Shown here piece by piece: positions 12,106 through 24,727 of a stretch of DNA of 64,000 nucleotides. Positions within the stretch are counted from its first letter, which is position 1. Each line of letters opens with the position of its first letter. Made by a program: the position numbers and the translations under genes. A model generated the notes under the pieces. That model did not search any database. It saw nothing but the letters and a program-made list of their open reading frames with translations, and had not been told where the DNA came from. Source of the stretch: Octopus sinensis (taxonomy: Eukaryota); assembly GCF_006345805.1 (NCBI RefSeq), contig NC_043003.1, forward strand, positions 38,440,001-38,504,000, written 5' to 3'.

Positions 12106-13629
12106 TGTGTCTGTGTGTGTGTGTTTTCTTGATTGGACTGGAATTTTATTGTCAATGGCAACGTTGTAAGTAGAAAGTAAAAAGTAAATAAAATAAAAGT
12201 ATAAACGTGAGTTCGGTTAGATTTCTTTCTGATCCTTCGTCCTTTAAATACCAGGCTCCTTAAAGACATGCAGAATATGGCCAACATCTCTACTGCTTTT
12301 TATTCTTCTCACTCATCTTTTGAAATTCTTATATGTGTTCCTTGAAGTCTAAAATATAGGGAACAAAGCTGTGTTCAGGACCGAGAGACGTTCTTGTTCC
12401 AAGCTTGAAATTCTTCTTTGGTTATAAAGGATGTTATTATTGTAGTTTAGATCTAAGTCAACCCCGACCCAGCAGACACCCTCCCTATGTTCAAAAGTAT
12501 TCCAGCAGTGACTATATAGTCTTTTTATTGGACATCATGTTCTCCGTCGTGAGGTCGAGAACCTTCTGGTCATCATGGATGTCGGCTGACAGATTAACTA
12601 GCGCGGAGATTTTGTTTAAAACGAAAAAGAGTTGCGTACCGACAACCTCACTCTCTCATTCGTGATCCTCTTCAATCCAGTGGTCAGACCAGGTCAAGAC
12701 GATTGGGGATGGAGACGGATACTTTCCTCTCCTTTGCACTCCACAATGCATTGCTGCAGTCGCCTTCCTCTCCATTGAATCATGATGGTTTCTTCTTTAG
12801 AGTTCGCCGGACCCAGTTTTCACATGCATAGGTAGATAAGTCCCTAACTTACCTAGAGTTACATACCCGTTGGTTACACTCACCTGATTTAGTTCACCTG
12901 TCGAAACGGTTTATCGGGGTATGGTCGTCGGAGAATGTAAACAGCTACTAGGAGTCAAGTTGAGAGTTGGGTGCCAGAATGAGATCAAAGCGGACAAATA
13001 ACCCTAAGAGAGCGACGTCAAAGATTCTACATCTCCCTCTGTCTTTATCTTCTGAGTTCAAATTCATGCGGCCGACTTTGCCTTTCATCCCCTTCGGAGT
13101 CTATAAAATAAATTACCAGTTGAACAGTGGGATCGATGTAATCGACTTACCCCACCCCACCCTGAAGTTACTGGCCTTGTTCCAAAGTTTGTAACCAATG
13201 TTTATTCTGTATAGCGTTTTGTGGTTTATGTTGGATACAAATTTTTGACAGAAATTTGTAAAACCAGTAAAAAAAGTGACGCGATCAGGCTCAAACTTCA
13301 ATCACGGGATCACGTTAACAACAACTATAAGAACGCATGCGCAAAAGGCAGCGAGACAACAATAAAGATATGTTATGACGAAAGTGCGGATAATTTTTGA
13401 CTTCCCCTCGTATCATAAACCTTCACATCCAGTTTACTATACAGTTCAGTATTGACAAACAATATTTCCTGGATATACACGATGTAAAAGTAATTAGAAA
13501 CTGATAAAAACTTCAACTAAAGAATGTAGAAACTGATAGAGACTTTGATTCTACCGATTAAAGATAACACCAATTTATATCATCCCACCCTAAAATATTC
13601 GAGTTATATGAACTTGGCGAAACGATTTT

Positions 13630-13803
13630 GCACGAGTGGGTGTGTGGCAAGTAGCTTGCTTGCTTACTACATGGTTCTTGGTTCACTCCCACTGCGTGGC
13701 ACCTTGTGCAAGTGTCTTCTACTATTGCCTCCGGTTGACCAAAGCCTTGTGGGTGGATCTGGTAGACGGAAGCTGAAAGAAGCCCGTCGCGTATATATAT
13801 ATA

Positions 13804-13848
<45 letters not shown>

Positions 13849-13853
13849 ATATA

Positions 13854-13895
<42 letters not shown>

Positions 13896-14865
13896 GTAAC
13901 GATGAAGATTATTTTTGTATCGGTTGAAATTTAATTATAACGACATGTTGTAAGATGTGAAAGATGGACAATGCATGAAGTTTTAAGGAAATATTTATTT
14001 ACCGTTACATCGAATATACTTTACCTCGACGGGCAGGTGAATAAAATCCTAAAGCATGCGAAGTAAAGATAGATGTAGATTTTTCCTTTCATAGTTTGTG
14101 TTTGTGTTCTCATCATTGTTTAATAGTAATTACGGAGAGATAGAATGATGTTGTAAAAGAACAGAATTAGAGCTAGTGAGTGAGAGAGTGTGGAACGTTG
14201 TCTTTCTTTTTCCCTCTGACCGTTTGTCTGCCTGCTTCCATGATTCTAGTGGTCGGTTCACTAACTGATGTTAGCTCTCTCTCAACTCAAGAGTTGTCAC
14301 TAAACTAGTTGGGTCATCACCAAGTGACCACTGATTTTTGCTTCAGGGTCCTTGCTTTTAGAACTATCCAGAAGGATGGACATATCGTTGAGAACAGTAG
14401 ATTTAGTTGTTATCTTAATTCTAGCGTTTGGTGAAATAGAAGAGGTTAGAAGGGTCAAGTGGTGAAGACATTATTTCGACCTTGGTAAGGCAATCTGGCA
14501 AAAGTAAAACTGCTGTCACAGAAAAACTATTGTTTCACCGTGAGAAAAGTTCTGTTGAAGTGTTAATTTAAATTTGGCTACAGTAGATCGAATCCACTTC
14601 ATGCCTGCAAGATTCACCACACACACACACATATATGATATATATATATTTGTGTGTGTGTGTTTGTCCCCCCAACATCGCTTGACAACCGAAGCTGGTG
14701 TGTTTACGTCCCCGTAACTTAGCGGTTCGACAAAAGAAACCGATAGAATAAGTACTGGGCTTACAAAGAATAAGCCCTGGGATCGATTTGCTCGACTAAA
14801 GGCGGTGCTCCAGCATGACCGCAATCAAATGACTGAAAGAAGTAAAAGAATAAAAGAATAAAGGA
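13630..14865 (+). mobile_element. tRNA-derived SINE, family B, split by a solo-LTR-like insertion
   Basis: SINE head at 13630-13789 and SINE tail at 14622-14865 match intact copies such as 57594-57982. Confidence 0.85.
13895..14621 (+). mobile_element. Solo-LTR-like element, copy 2, nested in the SINE's internal (TA)n
   Basis: TGTAAC...CCACA termini; homologous to 7075-7803. Confidence 0.65.
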
Positions 14866-15845
14866 ATAATAGCCTCAAACTAATCAACTTAATAAAATGA
14901 AAGAAGTATATAATAAAAGAACATACCCTTTGAATTTAATTTGTAATGCGATTAAAAGGGAGAAACAAATTGACATTTAGAAATTTCGGGGGAAAATGTG
15001 AAAAAAAAATCTTAGAAAAACATCTGATCAATAAAAATAGAAGACAAGTAAAAAATCTTTAAAAAGGAGTGACAAACACAAAACTATATACAAAAAATTG
15101 TGGATGTGCCAGTCAGAAAATATAAATGATTGAATTGTGGAACATGCAGATAGTGGTTAGAAGGTTTCTGAATTCACTCCAAATATGTATCTATATTAAA
15201 AATTACTTTTTGTACTACTCAAAACTGCTAAATTAATGACGTGAAATTCAGTCTTTCCAGGACCGCTGTATCTCAGTCAACATTGCTCTACATAGATATA
15301 TTATGCCTTTTTGGAATCAGGATTGAAAATCTGCCCTTCATTTGGTTCTTGAACATCCAGCATTGGGATCTAATTTAGAAGTATTTGGGACAAATTGGCC
15401 AAGAGTTGGATTTCCACTTGGGACTAGAACAAATAGAATGATAATGATTGCATTAGAGAATTAATTCTCATCCGTTCTTAACCAAAGCCTCACCGAGGTA
15501 TATAGTCATTATAGACGTATCATAGTCATGTTATTTAGCTCTCTATAGTTTTGGGCCGCAGGAGCTAGCTTAAAAGTCCGCAAGGATTGCGGCTTTTAAG
15601 CTAGTTATACACCTGTAAATAGAGGAATTATATTAATATATAGAAGTTACCGAGAACATTATATTGGCCCAACTGGGCAGATAGCGGGAAAAAAAATGCC
15701 ATCGAGCCGTCAGAAAATAAGTAGCCATACACAATAAAAATTCATGTGTCAACAAATAGATCACTGTGACGAACAACGGCGAATGCAATTCATGGTGTCC
15801 GATTCTATTATGAGTTTTCTGATGCACACCAATTTTTGTGAACCC

Positions 15846-16940
15846 ATGGATAGATAACAAATACGTGTTAATTATGAATATGAGTTCTGTCGTGGAACTA
15901 ATGCATCACAGATAGCCTGAAACATCAATGAGATGTTTGGTGATGTGGCGAATGATCGCACTGTACGTCGATTGTCTGAGAATTTCCGCTTGGTGACCTT
16001 ACTCTTGAAAATCAGCCCCATGGTAGAACTGAGACCAAGGTGGATAATGATGAGCTGGAAACTGCAGTGGAAGCGGATACATCTCAAACTACGCGTGAGT
16101 TAGCAGCAAGGTTTGATGTTTCGATTCCAACTGTATTGGACCATCTGAAACAAATCAGTAGGGTAAAGAAGCTGGACAAGTGGGTACCACACGAACTGAA
16201 AGAGTATTAAATGACACGTCATCTTAAAACTTGCTGTTCTTTGCTGTCACGGCATAAAAACGAATCATTTTTGCATCGTATTGTTACGTGTGATGAAAAA
16301 TGGATTCTTTTCAACAATAGCAAGCGTTCTGCGTGGTGGCTGGATAGGGACGAAGTGCTAAAACACAATCCCCAAAAGACTATTCACCAAAAAAAGCTAA
16401 TGGTGTCTGTATAGTGGTCCAGCGCTGGTGTAATCCACTACAGCTTCATGAGACCTGGTAAGTCAATTACAGCGGATGCATATATCAACCAATTGTATGA
16501 AATGATGAGTGAACTTGTAATTAAACAACCAAGATTGGTCAAAAGAGACAGGCCAATTCTCTTGCGAGACAATGCTCGGCAACATGTTGCATGAAGAACG
16601 CTACTGAAGTTACAAAAACTGAACTTGGAAGTACTGTGTCATCCCCCATATTCACCAGATCTTACCCCAAATGACTATCATGTTTTCCAGGCATTAGATA
16701 ACTTTTTGCAAAGAAAAAAACTTCAAATCTGAAGAAGATGCAAAAACAGCCTTTAGTGATTTCATCACCTCTTGCTTCCCAGAATTCTTCTCTGCCAGCA
16801 TAAATAAGCTACCAATAAAATGGCAAAATTGTATTGATAATTTAGGTGCATACTTTGATTAACTGCATTGCTTTTTGTTGAGATAAAATAAAATAAACTT
16901 TTAGTTCAAAATCGGACATTTCATTCTTAATGACCCGTTA
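15846..16940 (+). pseudogene. Degenerate mariner transposase, near full length, with right TIR
   Basis: KWVPHEL, RIVTCDEKWI, RDNAR and PYSPDL motifs of the DD34D catalytic domain; multiple stops and frameshifts; left TIR not found. Confidence 0.9.
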
Positions 16941-16967
16941 ATAAATAACCTGGTGTAGAATTCAACA

Positions 16968-17143
16968 TACCATATTTTAACGTGTATAAGGAACCCCTAA
17001 TTTGGGCGGGGTTAAAATTTGGAAAAAAAGGTTTTGTAAGGGATTATAATACTATCCATGTATAAGAAACTTCCATATTTTTAAACCTAATTTTTGACAA
17101 AAAAAAGGGGGGACGGGTTCCTTATACACGTTAAAACACGGTA
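16968..17143. mobile_element. 176-bp MITE (Tc1/pogo-type TA ends)
   Basis: About 29-bp TIRs: TACCATATTTTAACGTGTATAAGGAACCC and GGGTTCCTTATACACGTTAAAACACGGTA. Confidence 0.85.
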
Positions 17144-17264
17144 CTTATGCTCCGGAACGAAGCTTCGGCTGAGTACAGAGCAGTAATAATAAAAAGAAAT
17201 GACAAAGTAATAAGCGATTATCTTATGTAGTTCATAAGATAATCGTTTATTCCCTTACCATCTC

Positions 17265-17430
17265 ATTTGTGTGTGTGTGTGTGTGTATGTGTGTGTGTGG
17301 TGTGTGTGTGTGTGTGTGTGTGCGCGTGCGTGTGTGTGTGTGCGTGTGTGTGTGTGATTACAGAAATGCACAAATACATACATACAAACATACATACATA
17401 CATACATACATATGTACGTACGTACGTACG

Positions 17431-17461
<31 letters not shown>

Positions 17462-18273
17462 GTATATATGTGTATTTGTGTGTGTGTGTATGTGTGTGTG
17501 TGTGTGCGCGTGTGTATGCATACACATACTAATATATGAATACACACAACACACACATGAATAAATGAAGAGAGAGGGTCTCAGCATAGGTTACTGACCA
17601 AAAGTTGAAACCAGTGATATTATAAAAGGATCTCTCTCTCCCTTTCCCCTTTCTCTTTCTCACCTCACCTTTCTTTCTCTCTCTCTCTCTCTCCCTATCC
17701 GTTTGTCAGTCTGTCTCTTTTTCTCTGTATACATTCATACACACACATACATAAATACATACATACATACATACATACATACATACATACATAGACACAT
17801 ACACACATACATACATACATACATACATAGACACATACATACATACATAGACACATACACACATACATACATACATACATACATACATACATACATACAT
17901 ACATACAAACATACATACATACAAACAAACATACATACATACATACATACATACATACATACATACATACATAGACACATACATACATACATACACACAT
18001 ACATACATACATACATACATACATACATAAATACATACATACATACATACATATATACATACATACATACATAAATACATACATACATACATACATACAT
18101 ACATACATACATACATACATACATACATACATACAAGAGACTGGATAATGTATGATAAAGAGAATGAGGGAGAGTGAGGCAAGAGTGACAGGGTAAGAGC
18201 GAGTATGTGTGTGAGAGAGAGAGAGAGCGGGAGGGGAGAGAACGGATAGACAGACAGACAGAGAGACATTGGA

Positions 18274-18310
<37 letters not shown>
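17265..18310. repeat. Large (GT)n, (TACA)n and (GA)n microsatellite field immediately upstream of the dehydratase-family gene
   Basis: Directly visible; the source of several spurious ORFs. Confidence 0.95.
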
Positions 18311-18315
<5 letters not shown>

Positions 18316-18380
18316 GGGTGTGAACAGCAATAACCATTATAAATTCTTGGTTCGTGTTCTGCGTCCGTTTAGTAATGAGA

Positions 18381-18506
18381 ATGGAGTTGTCAAACACTGA
18401 CCTGCAGCCGACAGTGGCTGAGATGTTCAATGCCCAGAAATCGATGGAGGGCGTGATCCTCAAAACGCCACTGGTTCCTTTGAACATAGACTGGCCTTAC
18501 GCCAAA
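18381..18506 (+). CDS. Exon 1 of a PLP-dependent Ser/Thr dehydratase / serine racemase-family enzyme (MELSNTDLQPTVAEMFNAQKSMEGVILKTPLVPLNIDWPYAK)
   Basis: ATG at 18381 (alternative in-frame ATG at 18375); family N-terminal 'LKTPL' motif; donor AAA|GTAAGT at 18507, phase 0, joining in frame to exon 2. Confidence 0.8.
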
Positions 18507-18521
18507 GTAAGTATATCATTA

Positions 18522-18730
18522 CTTTCTTTTTATCTTTACTTGTTTCAGTCATTTGACTGTGGCCATGCTGGAGCACCACCTTTAGCCGAGCAAATCGATC
18601 CCGGGACTTATTCTTTGTAAGCCCAGTACTTATTCTATCGGTCTCTTTTGCCGAACCGCTAAGTGACGGGGACGTAAGCACACCAGCATCGGTTCTCAAG
18701 CAATGCTAGGGGGACAAACACAGACACACA

Positions 18731-18789
<59 letters not shown>

Positions 18790-18957
18790 TACGACAGGCT
18801 TCTTTCAGTTTCCGTCTACCAAATCCACTCACAAGGCATTGGTCGGCCCGAGGCTATAGTAGAAGACACTTGCCCAAGATGCCACGCAGTGGGACTGAAC
18901 CCGGAACCATGTAGTTGGTTAGCAAGCTACTTACCACACAGCCACTCCTGCGCCTAT
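18522..18957 (-). mobile_element. SINE family B in intron 1; further partial copies at 19043-19262 and 19579-19745
   Basis: Reverse complement of the consensus head GGCGCAGGAGTGGCTGTGTGGTAAGTAGC...GGTTCAGTCCC and of the tail. Confidence 0.9.
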
Positions 18958-19042
18958 GCCACTCCTGCGCCTATGCCACTCCTGCGCCTATGCCACTCCT
19001 GCGCCTATGCCACTCCTGCGCCTATGCCACTCCTGCGCCTAT
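18941..19042. repeat. 17-bp unit GCCACTCCTGCGCCTAT x6
   Basis: Exact copies start at 18941, 18958, 18975, 18992, 19009 and 19026. Confidence 0.97.
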
Positions 19043-19342
19043 ATCTTTACTTTCTTTTATCTTTACTTGTTTCAGTCGTGAGACTGCGGCCATGCTGCAG
19101 CACCGCCTTGGAAGAATTTTTTAGTAGAATGAATCAACCCCACCAGAGCTTTTTCACTTTTTTTTTCTTTTTTTTTTTTTGTAAGCGTGGTTCTTATTCT
19201 CTCGACCGCTTTTGCTGAACCGCTGGTTACGGGGACGTAAACACACCAACACAGGTTGTCAGGCGGTAGAATGGGGATGAGCACACACGCGAGCACAAAT
19301 GTGTGCATATATATATATATATTATATATATATATATATATC

Positions 19343-19393
<51 letters not shown>

Positions 19394-19535
19394 TAAAAAT
19401 GGGGAAGGCCGCTTTTATATACTGCTCTACATGTTAGAGTATGTTTCTTCTTTCGGATCTATATTTTTTACAGACGATACACACACACGCACACACACAC
19501 ATACATACACACACACATACATATATATATATATT

Positions 19536-19581
<46 letters not shown>

Positions 19582-19744
19582 ACCGGCTTCTTTTCAGCTT
19601 CTGTCTACCAAATCCACTCACAAGGCTTTGGGCAACCCCAGGCTATAGTAGAAGACACTTGCCCAAGGGTCACGCAATGGGACTGAACTCGGAACTATGT
19701 AGCTGGAAAGCAAACTTCTTACAACACCCACGCCTGCGCCTATG

Positions 19745-19836
<92 letters not shown>

Positions 19837-20180
19837 GTGCGTATTCATAGTTTTTCTCTCTCTCCCATTTCGACACTACGACTACTACTATTTTGAAATA
19901 ATTGTTTGTAATATATGCACAAGATTAGAGGTTAACGTCGATAGAAAGGATTAGGTTGATTAACTGATCCCAGTTTTTGACTGGTATTTTGTTTTATCGT
20001 CCCAGGAGGGATGAAAGGCAAAATTGACGTCGGTGAGATTTGAACGCACAAGGGAAAGAGCCGGAAAAATACCGCAACGTACTTGTCAGGGATCCTAACA
20101 ATTCTTCCAAGACAGTGAGGTATGTGGGAAAGGGCTGCTAGTTTAGGTTACAAGTAGAGGATGGTGCTACTACATATCTG

Positions 20181-20256
<76 letters not shown>

Positions 20257-20559
20257 ACTAGCTACCGTTCTATCTGCATGTATGTGTGGCAGTGTGCGTG
20301 TGTGCACGTATGCATGCGTGTGTACTGTAGTGTAGTGAGTGTGTTGTGTGTATGTGTGTATGCGTGTGTGTGTGTGTGTGTGTGGTGTGTGTGTGTGTGT
20401 GTGCAAATATATATTTCATTTAGGCTATTTGCTTCTTTGAAATTTTAATTATTAAAGGCAAGAATCTTAATGAGTATCATTGAATTACCAAATTAATTAA
20501 ATCTGACCAACGGTCAATCATTTCACACACACACACATAAACATACATATATACACACG

Positions 20560-20607
<48 letters not shown>

Positions 20608-20702
20608 TGTATGTATGTATGTATGTATGCATGCATGCATGTATGTATGTATGTATGTATGTATGTATGTATGTATGTATTATTATGTGTTATGTATTAT
20701 TT

Positions 20703-21088
20703 GTGGAGGCGCAATGGCCCAGTGGTTAGGGCAGCGGACTCGCGGTCATAGGATTGCGGTTTCGATTTCCAGACCGGGCGTTGTGAGGGTTTATTGAGCG
20801 AAAACACCTAAAGCTCCACGAGGCTCCGGCAGGGGATGGTGGTGATCCCTGCTGTACTCTTTCACCACAACTTTCTCTCACTCTTACTTCCTGTTTCTGT
20901 TGTACCTGTATTTCAAAGGGCCGGCCTTGTCACTCTCTGTGTCACGCTGAATATCCCCGAGAACTACGTTAAGGGTACACGTGTCAGTGGAGTGCTCAGC
21001 CACATACTCGTTAATTTCACGAGCAGGCTGTTCCGTTGATTCGGATCAACCGGAACCCTCGTCGTCGTAACCGACGGAGTGCTTCCAG
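20703..21088 (+). mobile_element. tRNA-derived SINE, family A, with 12-bp TSD
   Basis: A-box TGGCCCAGTGG, B-box-like GTTTCGATT; TSD TATGTATTATTT at 20691-20702 and 21089-21100. Confidence 0.92.
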
Positions 21089-21199
21089 TATGTATTATTT
21101 ATTATGTGTTAAGTGTTCAGTTCATGCGTGTAAAAAAAGAAGTAAAGGGACATAACTAAATACAGCAAAATGTGTTGTCCAATACTTTACTTTGGAAAT

Positions 21200-21600
21200 C
21201 GATGGAAATGGCACGGAAGAGTCATGCATAATATCATTTTGAGACTTATCGCATGACCAACAATAAACGATATTGTACAGGAAAATATGGCTTTTGTCTA
21301 AGAATGGCGAATTGATTTTCTCCTTTTACAAAGCTTGCAGTAGCACACTTTTCCGTCAGTAATGTCACCTTGTGTAATAAGACCACCCACAGGGTGAATT
21401 ACAATTTTCACAGGTGTAGCTGTTCATAATTAATCGACGCCGTGCCAACCATTGAAGAATGTTGGCTTGTGATTCTGCCAATTGAATGATATTTCACGAG
21501 TCATCCAAGATTGCTTGAGGATTGAGGATTTCAACTTCAGGGACAATAAACTGTGGTGCCGCTATATTTTGATGTATTTATTTTTTTATGCACTGAATCA
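21200..21600 (-). mobile_element. Merlin (IS1595/ISXO2-like) transposase N-terminal remnant
   Basis: The - strand reads ILQWLARRRLIMNSYTCENCNSPC...DITDGKVCYCKLCKRRKSIR, the zinc-ribbon pattern of Merlin transposases, with a frameshift and stops. Confidence 0.6.
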
Positions 21601-21644
21601 CTACCTGTATGTATATATGTATAAGTATGTATAAGGTACGTACA

Positions 21645-21695
<51 letters not shown>

Positions 21696-22777
21696 GTGTT
21701 TTTATCCTACATACATATAGATCATACATACATACATACATACATACATACATACATACATACATACATAGATCTTACATATATATAAATAAGTACAGGT
21801 ACCGAACCTCTTTTCCGACAACCTTGGGACCGGAGATGGCCCAGACTTCTTGGTTTTTCCAGATTTCTGGACACAGGCTAAATATGTATCGAAAATATAT
21901 GATAAATAACGAAAAGTAATAAAAATTGTAATAAATTAAGACAAATAACTGTGAAAGGAAGGCGCCCATACAACAGAAGTCACACGGGAACTGGCGTTGT
22001 GTGACGCACTCTCTGGGGTCTTGAATAATCGTCTACCGCCCTTGTTAATTTTTCAGATTTTTTCCACCCATCCCCTGCTTTTATTCCCACTCCATGCTTA
22101 TTAATTTTTCAAATCCCCCACCCGCTTTTATTCCATCCTCCCCCGCTTATTAAGTTTTAATGTCCACCCCCCACCGCACCTCGCTTTTATTCCAGTCCTT
22201 AGCGGGATTGAACTCAGAACGTAATGGGACATAACTCTATTGCTGCACGGCACGCTGCCCGATGCTTAGGCACAATGCCAGCAATTTAAAGGGGAGGGGT
22301 AAGTCGATTAAACAGGATACCGTTACTAAAACAAAGCAACAAACTCTGGGGAATTCATTATTTTGACTGACACAAACTATGAATCAGCAAACTATGAAAA
22401 AATGCAGATGACAGGAATAGGAAGAATTTCTGGAGTGTTCTAATTGTTTTCATAACGCATAGAAGAAAAATATTTATCTACAGTATATGTAGCTAACGTT
22501 CAAGCGAGAGAGCGTTCAACATTTTAGGGCATTGATAAGCTTCAACCCTAAGACGATCAATCAATTTGAGACACAACACACCTGCTTCAGAACACATAGA
22601 AAACAAGGAAATTGCTGTCAGAAAATAAGTTTTACAAGCAGCCAGTGTTTATAACAGCTTGAGGTTGGACAACTGCGCAAGTCTGTAACATACGTGTGAG
22701 TTTACTGCTACTCCACACTGTAGTCAACAAATCTTCATTTTCAATTTCTCTACGATTTCTCTACCAATCCAAATTCC

Positions 22778-23170
22778 ATGCAAATTATGAAATTCAATGA
22801 TGAACTGTTTCCTAACAGGACAAGCTTCTGTTTGAACTTTTTTCATAACATTATGGCAGAGAAAAGAGTATTTCGTGGTGCGACGTATGGAAATTATTCC
22901 ATAGAAGAAAAGCAAGCACTTGCTCTCGTGGTGAACAAATGCAAAGACGAGTATGATTCTGAATTAGAACGAATGAAAGGGAAAACTCATTGGGCTGCTA
23001 AAGGGAAACGCTATGTCCCGGATACCTCGAAACAGGGATATCTCACCAAAGCAGTTCGTTTGCTTTACTCGAATTTGGCTGGTGTCAAAAACTCTGATCG
23101 ACTAGTTGATTCTGCTGTTAAAGTAGCCAAACGCTGCCATGAAAAATATCTGAACTTGACAGCGCTGAAA
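22778..23170 (+). mobile_element. Probable N-terminal fragment of a pogo-like transposase; a TIR-like region lies at about 22000-22200
   Basis: Non-repetitive ORF (GYLTKAVRLLYSNL...AVKVAKRCHEKY) cut off by microsatellite. Family assignment is from recalled resemblance only. Confidence 0.35.
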
Positions 23171-23339
23171 GAAATCACATACATACATACATACAGTCAC
23201 GCATGTCAGTCGTCACATGTGTATATGTATGTGTAGATGTGTGCGTGTATGTTTGCTGATATACCTAACGCGGAAACACACACACACAGTCAGAGAGACA
23301 TACACACTCATACACCCACACACATGCAAACTCATATAT

Positions 23340-23814
23340 GACGTCGTCCTCGTTGTGGTATAAAATGTCCTTTACTGTCTCGTACGTATCAAACGCGTAA
23401 ACATACACACGAATGTGAAAGAATAAAAGTGAAACAATATTATAGTCTTTTCACATTAGAATTAAAAGGGAAAGAATAAAAGTGAAAAAATATAATATCA
23501 CACAAGGAAGTCAATTTCTAGATAGAAATAACAAACCCCATTTCAGTATATAAAGCTGTAGAAGAAAATTGCTTGAGTGAAAAAACTTGAGCCACTTTAG
23601 GATATCTTTTTCTAACGTATAAAAACTCAGTGACGTGGCTGTGTTCTCATTGGTTAGTAATGAAGGCTTATCGGCTGTATCACAAAGATTTTCGATTGAG
23701 GGAGAAAGGTAGTGTATTTAAATAGACGGAGTGCAAAAACTTCAAAATAAGTAATGTTTTAGGGAAAACATACAAATAGCATGAAGACAAAGATATTTAC
23801 GCACGGAAAAACTG

Positions 23815-23853
<39 letters not shown>

Positions 23854-23859
23854 AGAGAG

Positions 23860-23907
<48 letters not shown>

Positions 23908-24545
23908 AGTGAGAGAATCGGTTGAAAACTGCGGAAGTCAAAAGTCGAAAAATGAGCGTAAAGAGAAATATTTACGCGCGACAAAATAGAAATACTGTGA
24001 AGTCAATTTTCAAGCAGATGTGGCGAAACTGAATTTAAACAGAACTGGGTGAACGAAAGAGAAAAATAACTAAGTTAATTTTCAGTGAGAACGTACGAAA
24101 ACCGTAACAAAAGATTCTTACGCACGACTAATAGAAATACATGGAACTCAATGTGTAGACAGACGTTATTGTGTGTCAGTTAAAGAGAGAGAGATGGAAA
24201 GACAGAGAGAGAGAGAAAGAAAGAAATAAAGATAGAGAGTGAAAGAAATACATATTGACTTAAAGAGAGGAACTATTACAGAGGGGCAGAGTGAGAAGAA
24301 GAAAGAGAAGAGATAAATAATCAGAGAGGAAAAGGGGAGAGAATCGGATGGAAACTGAAGAAGTCAAAGGGAGAGAATCGGTTGAAAATTGCAGGTTTTA
24401 GAGAAAAACCAATGGGAAATACTCTTTTCCTGTTTCTCGCTTTACGCTGGAGTTCTGGGCAAAATGTTATAGTGCCTGACCATTCTTGGCACATAAGTAA
24501 TGTGTGTAACATTTGATGAAAATCGGTTGAAAACGTATCACCACA
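23340..24545 (-). mobile_element. Non-autonomous Helitron/Helentron-like repeat with internal direct repeats
   Basis: Repeated GAGAGAATCGG(T/A)TG(A/G)AAA motifs, a duplicated GAAAGAATAAAAGTGAAA segment, and a CCGATTTTCATCAAA motif similar to the start of 3375-4229. Confidence 0.35.
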
Positions 24546-24727
24546 CACACAACACACACACACACCACACACAACACACACACACACACACAAACCATCC
24601 TTTGTTTTATATATATAAATGTTTTGTAATTTAAATTGGGTGTGAAGTGAAACAATTGTAGGCAATGTAAAATAATTAATAAAATAATTTATATCCACTA
24701 AATCTCTTCATTTTCAAGCTTATTACG

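Noticed and set aside
17255-18487. Multiple 100-250 aa ORFs (YVCM or HTYI repeats)
   Set aside because: (TACA)n and (GT)n microsatellite artefacts; the same applies to ORFs at 6-512, 11670-12287 and 25396-26111.
20703-20780. tRNA genes at SINE heads (also at 2388-2634, 57594 and 59361)
   Set aside because: A/B-box remnants continue into SINE bodies with tails and TSDs and have no complete cloverleaf.
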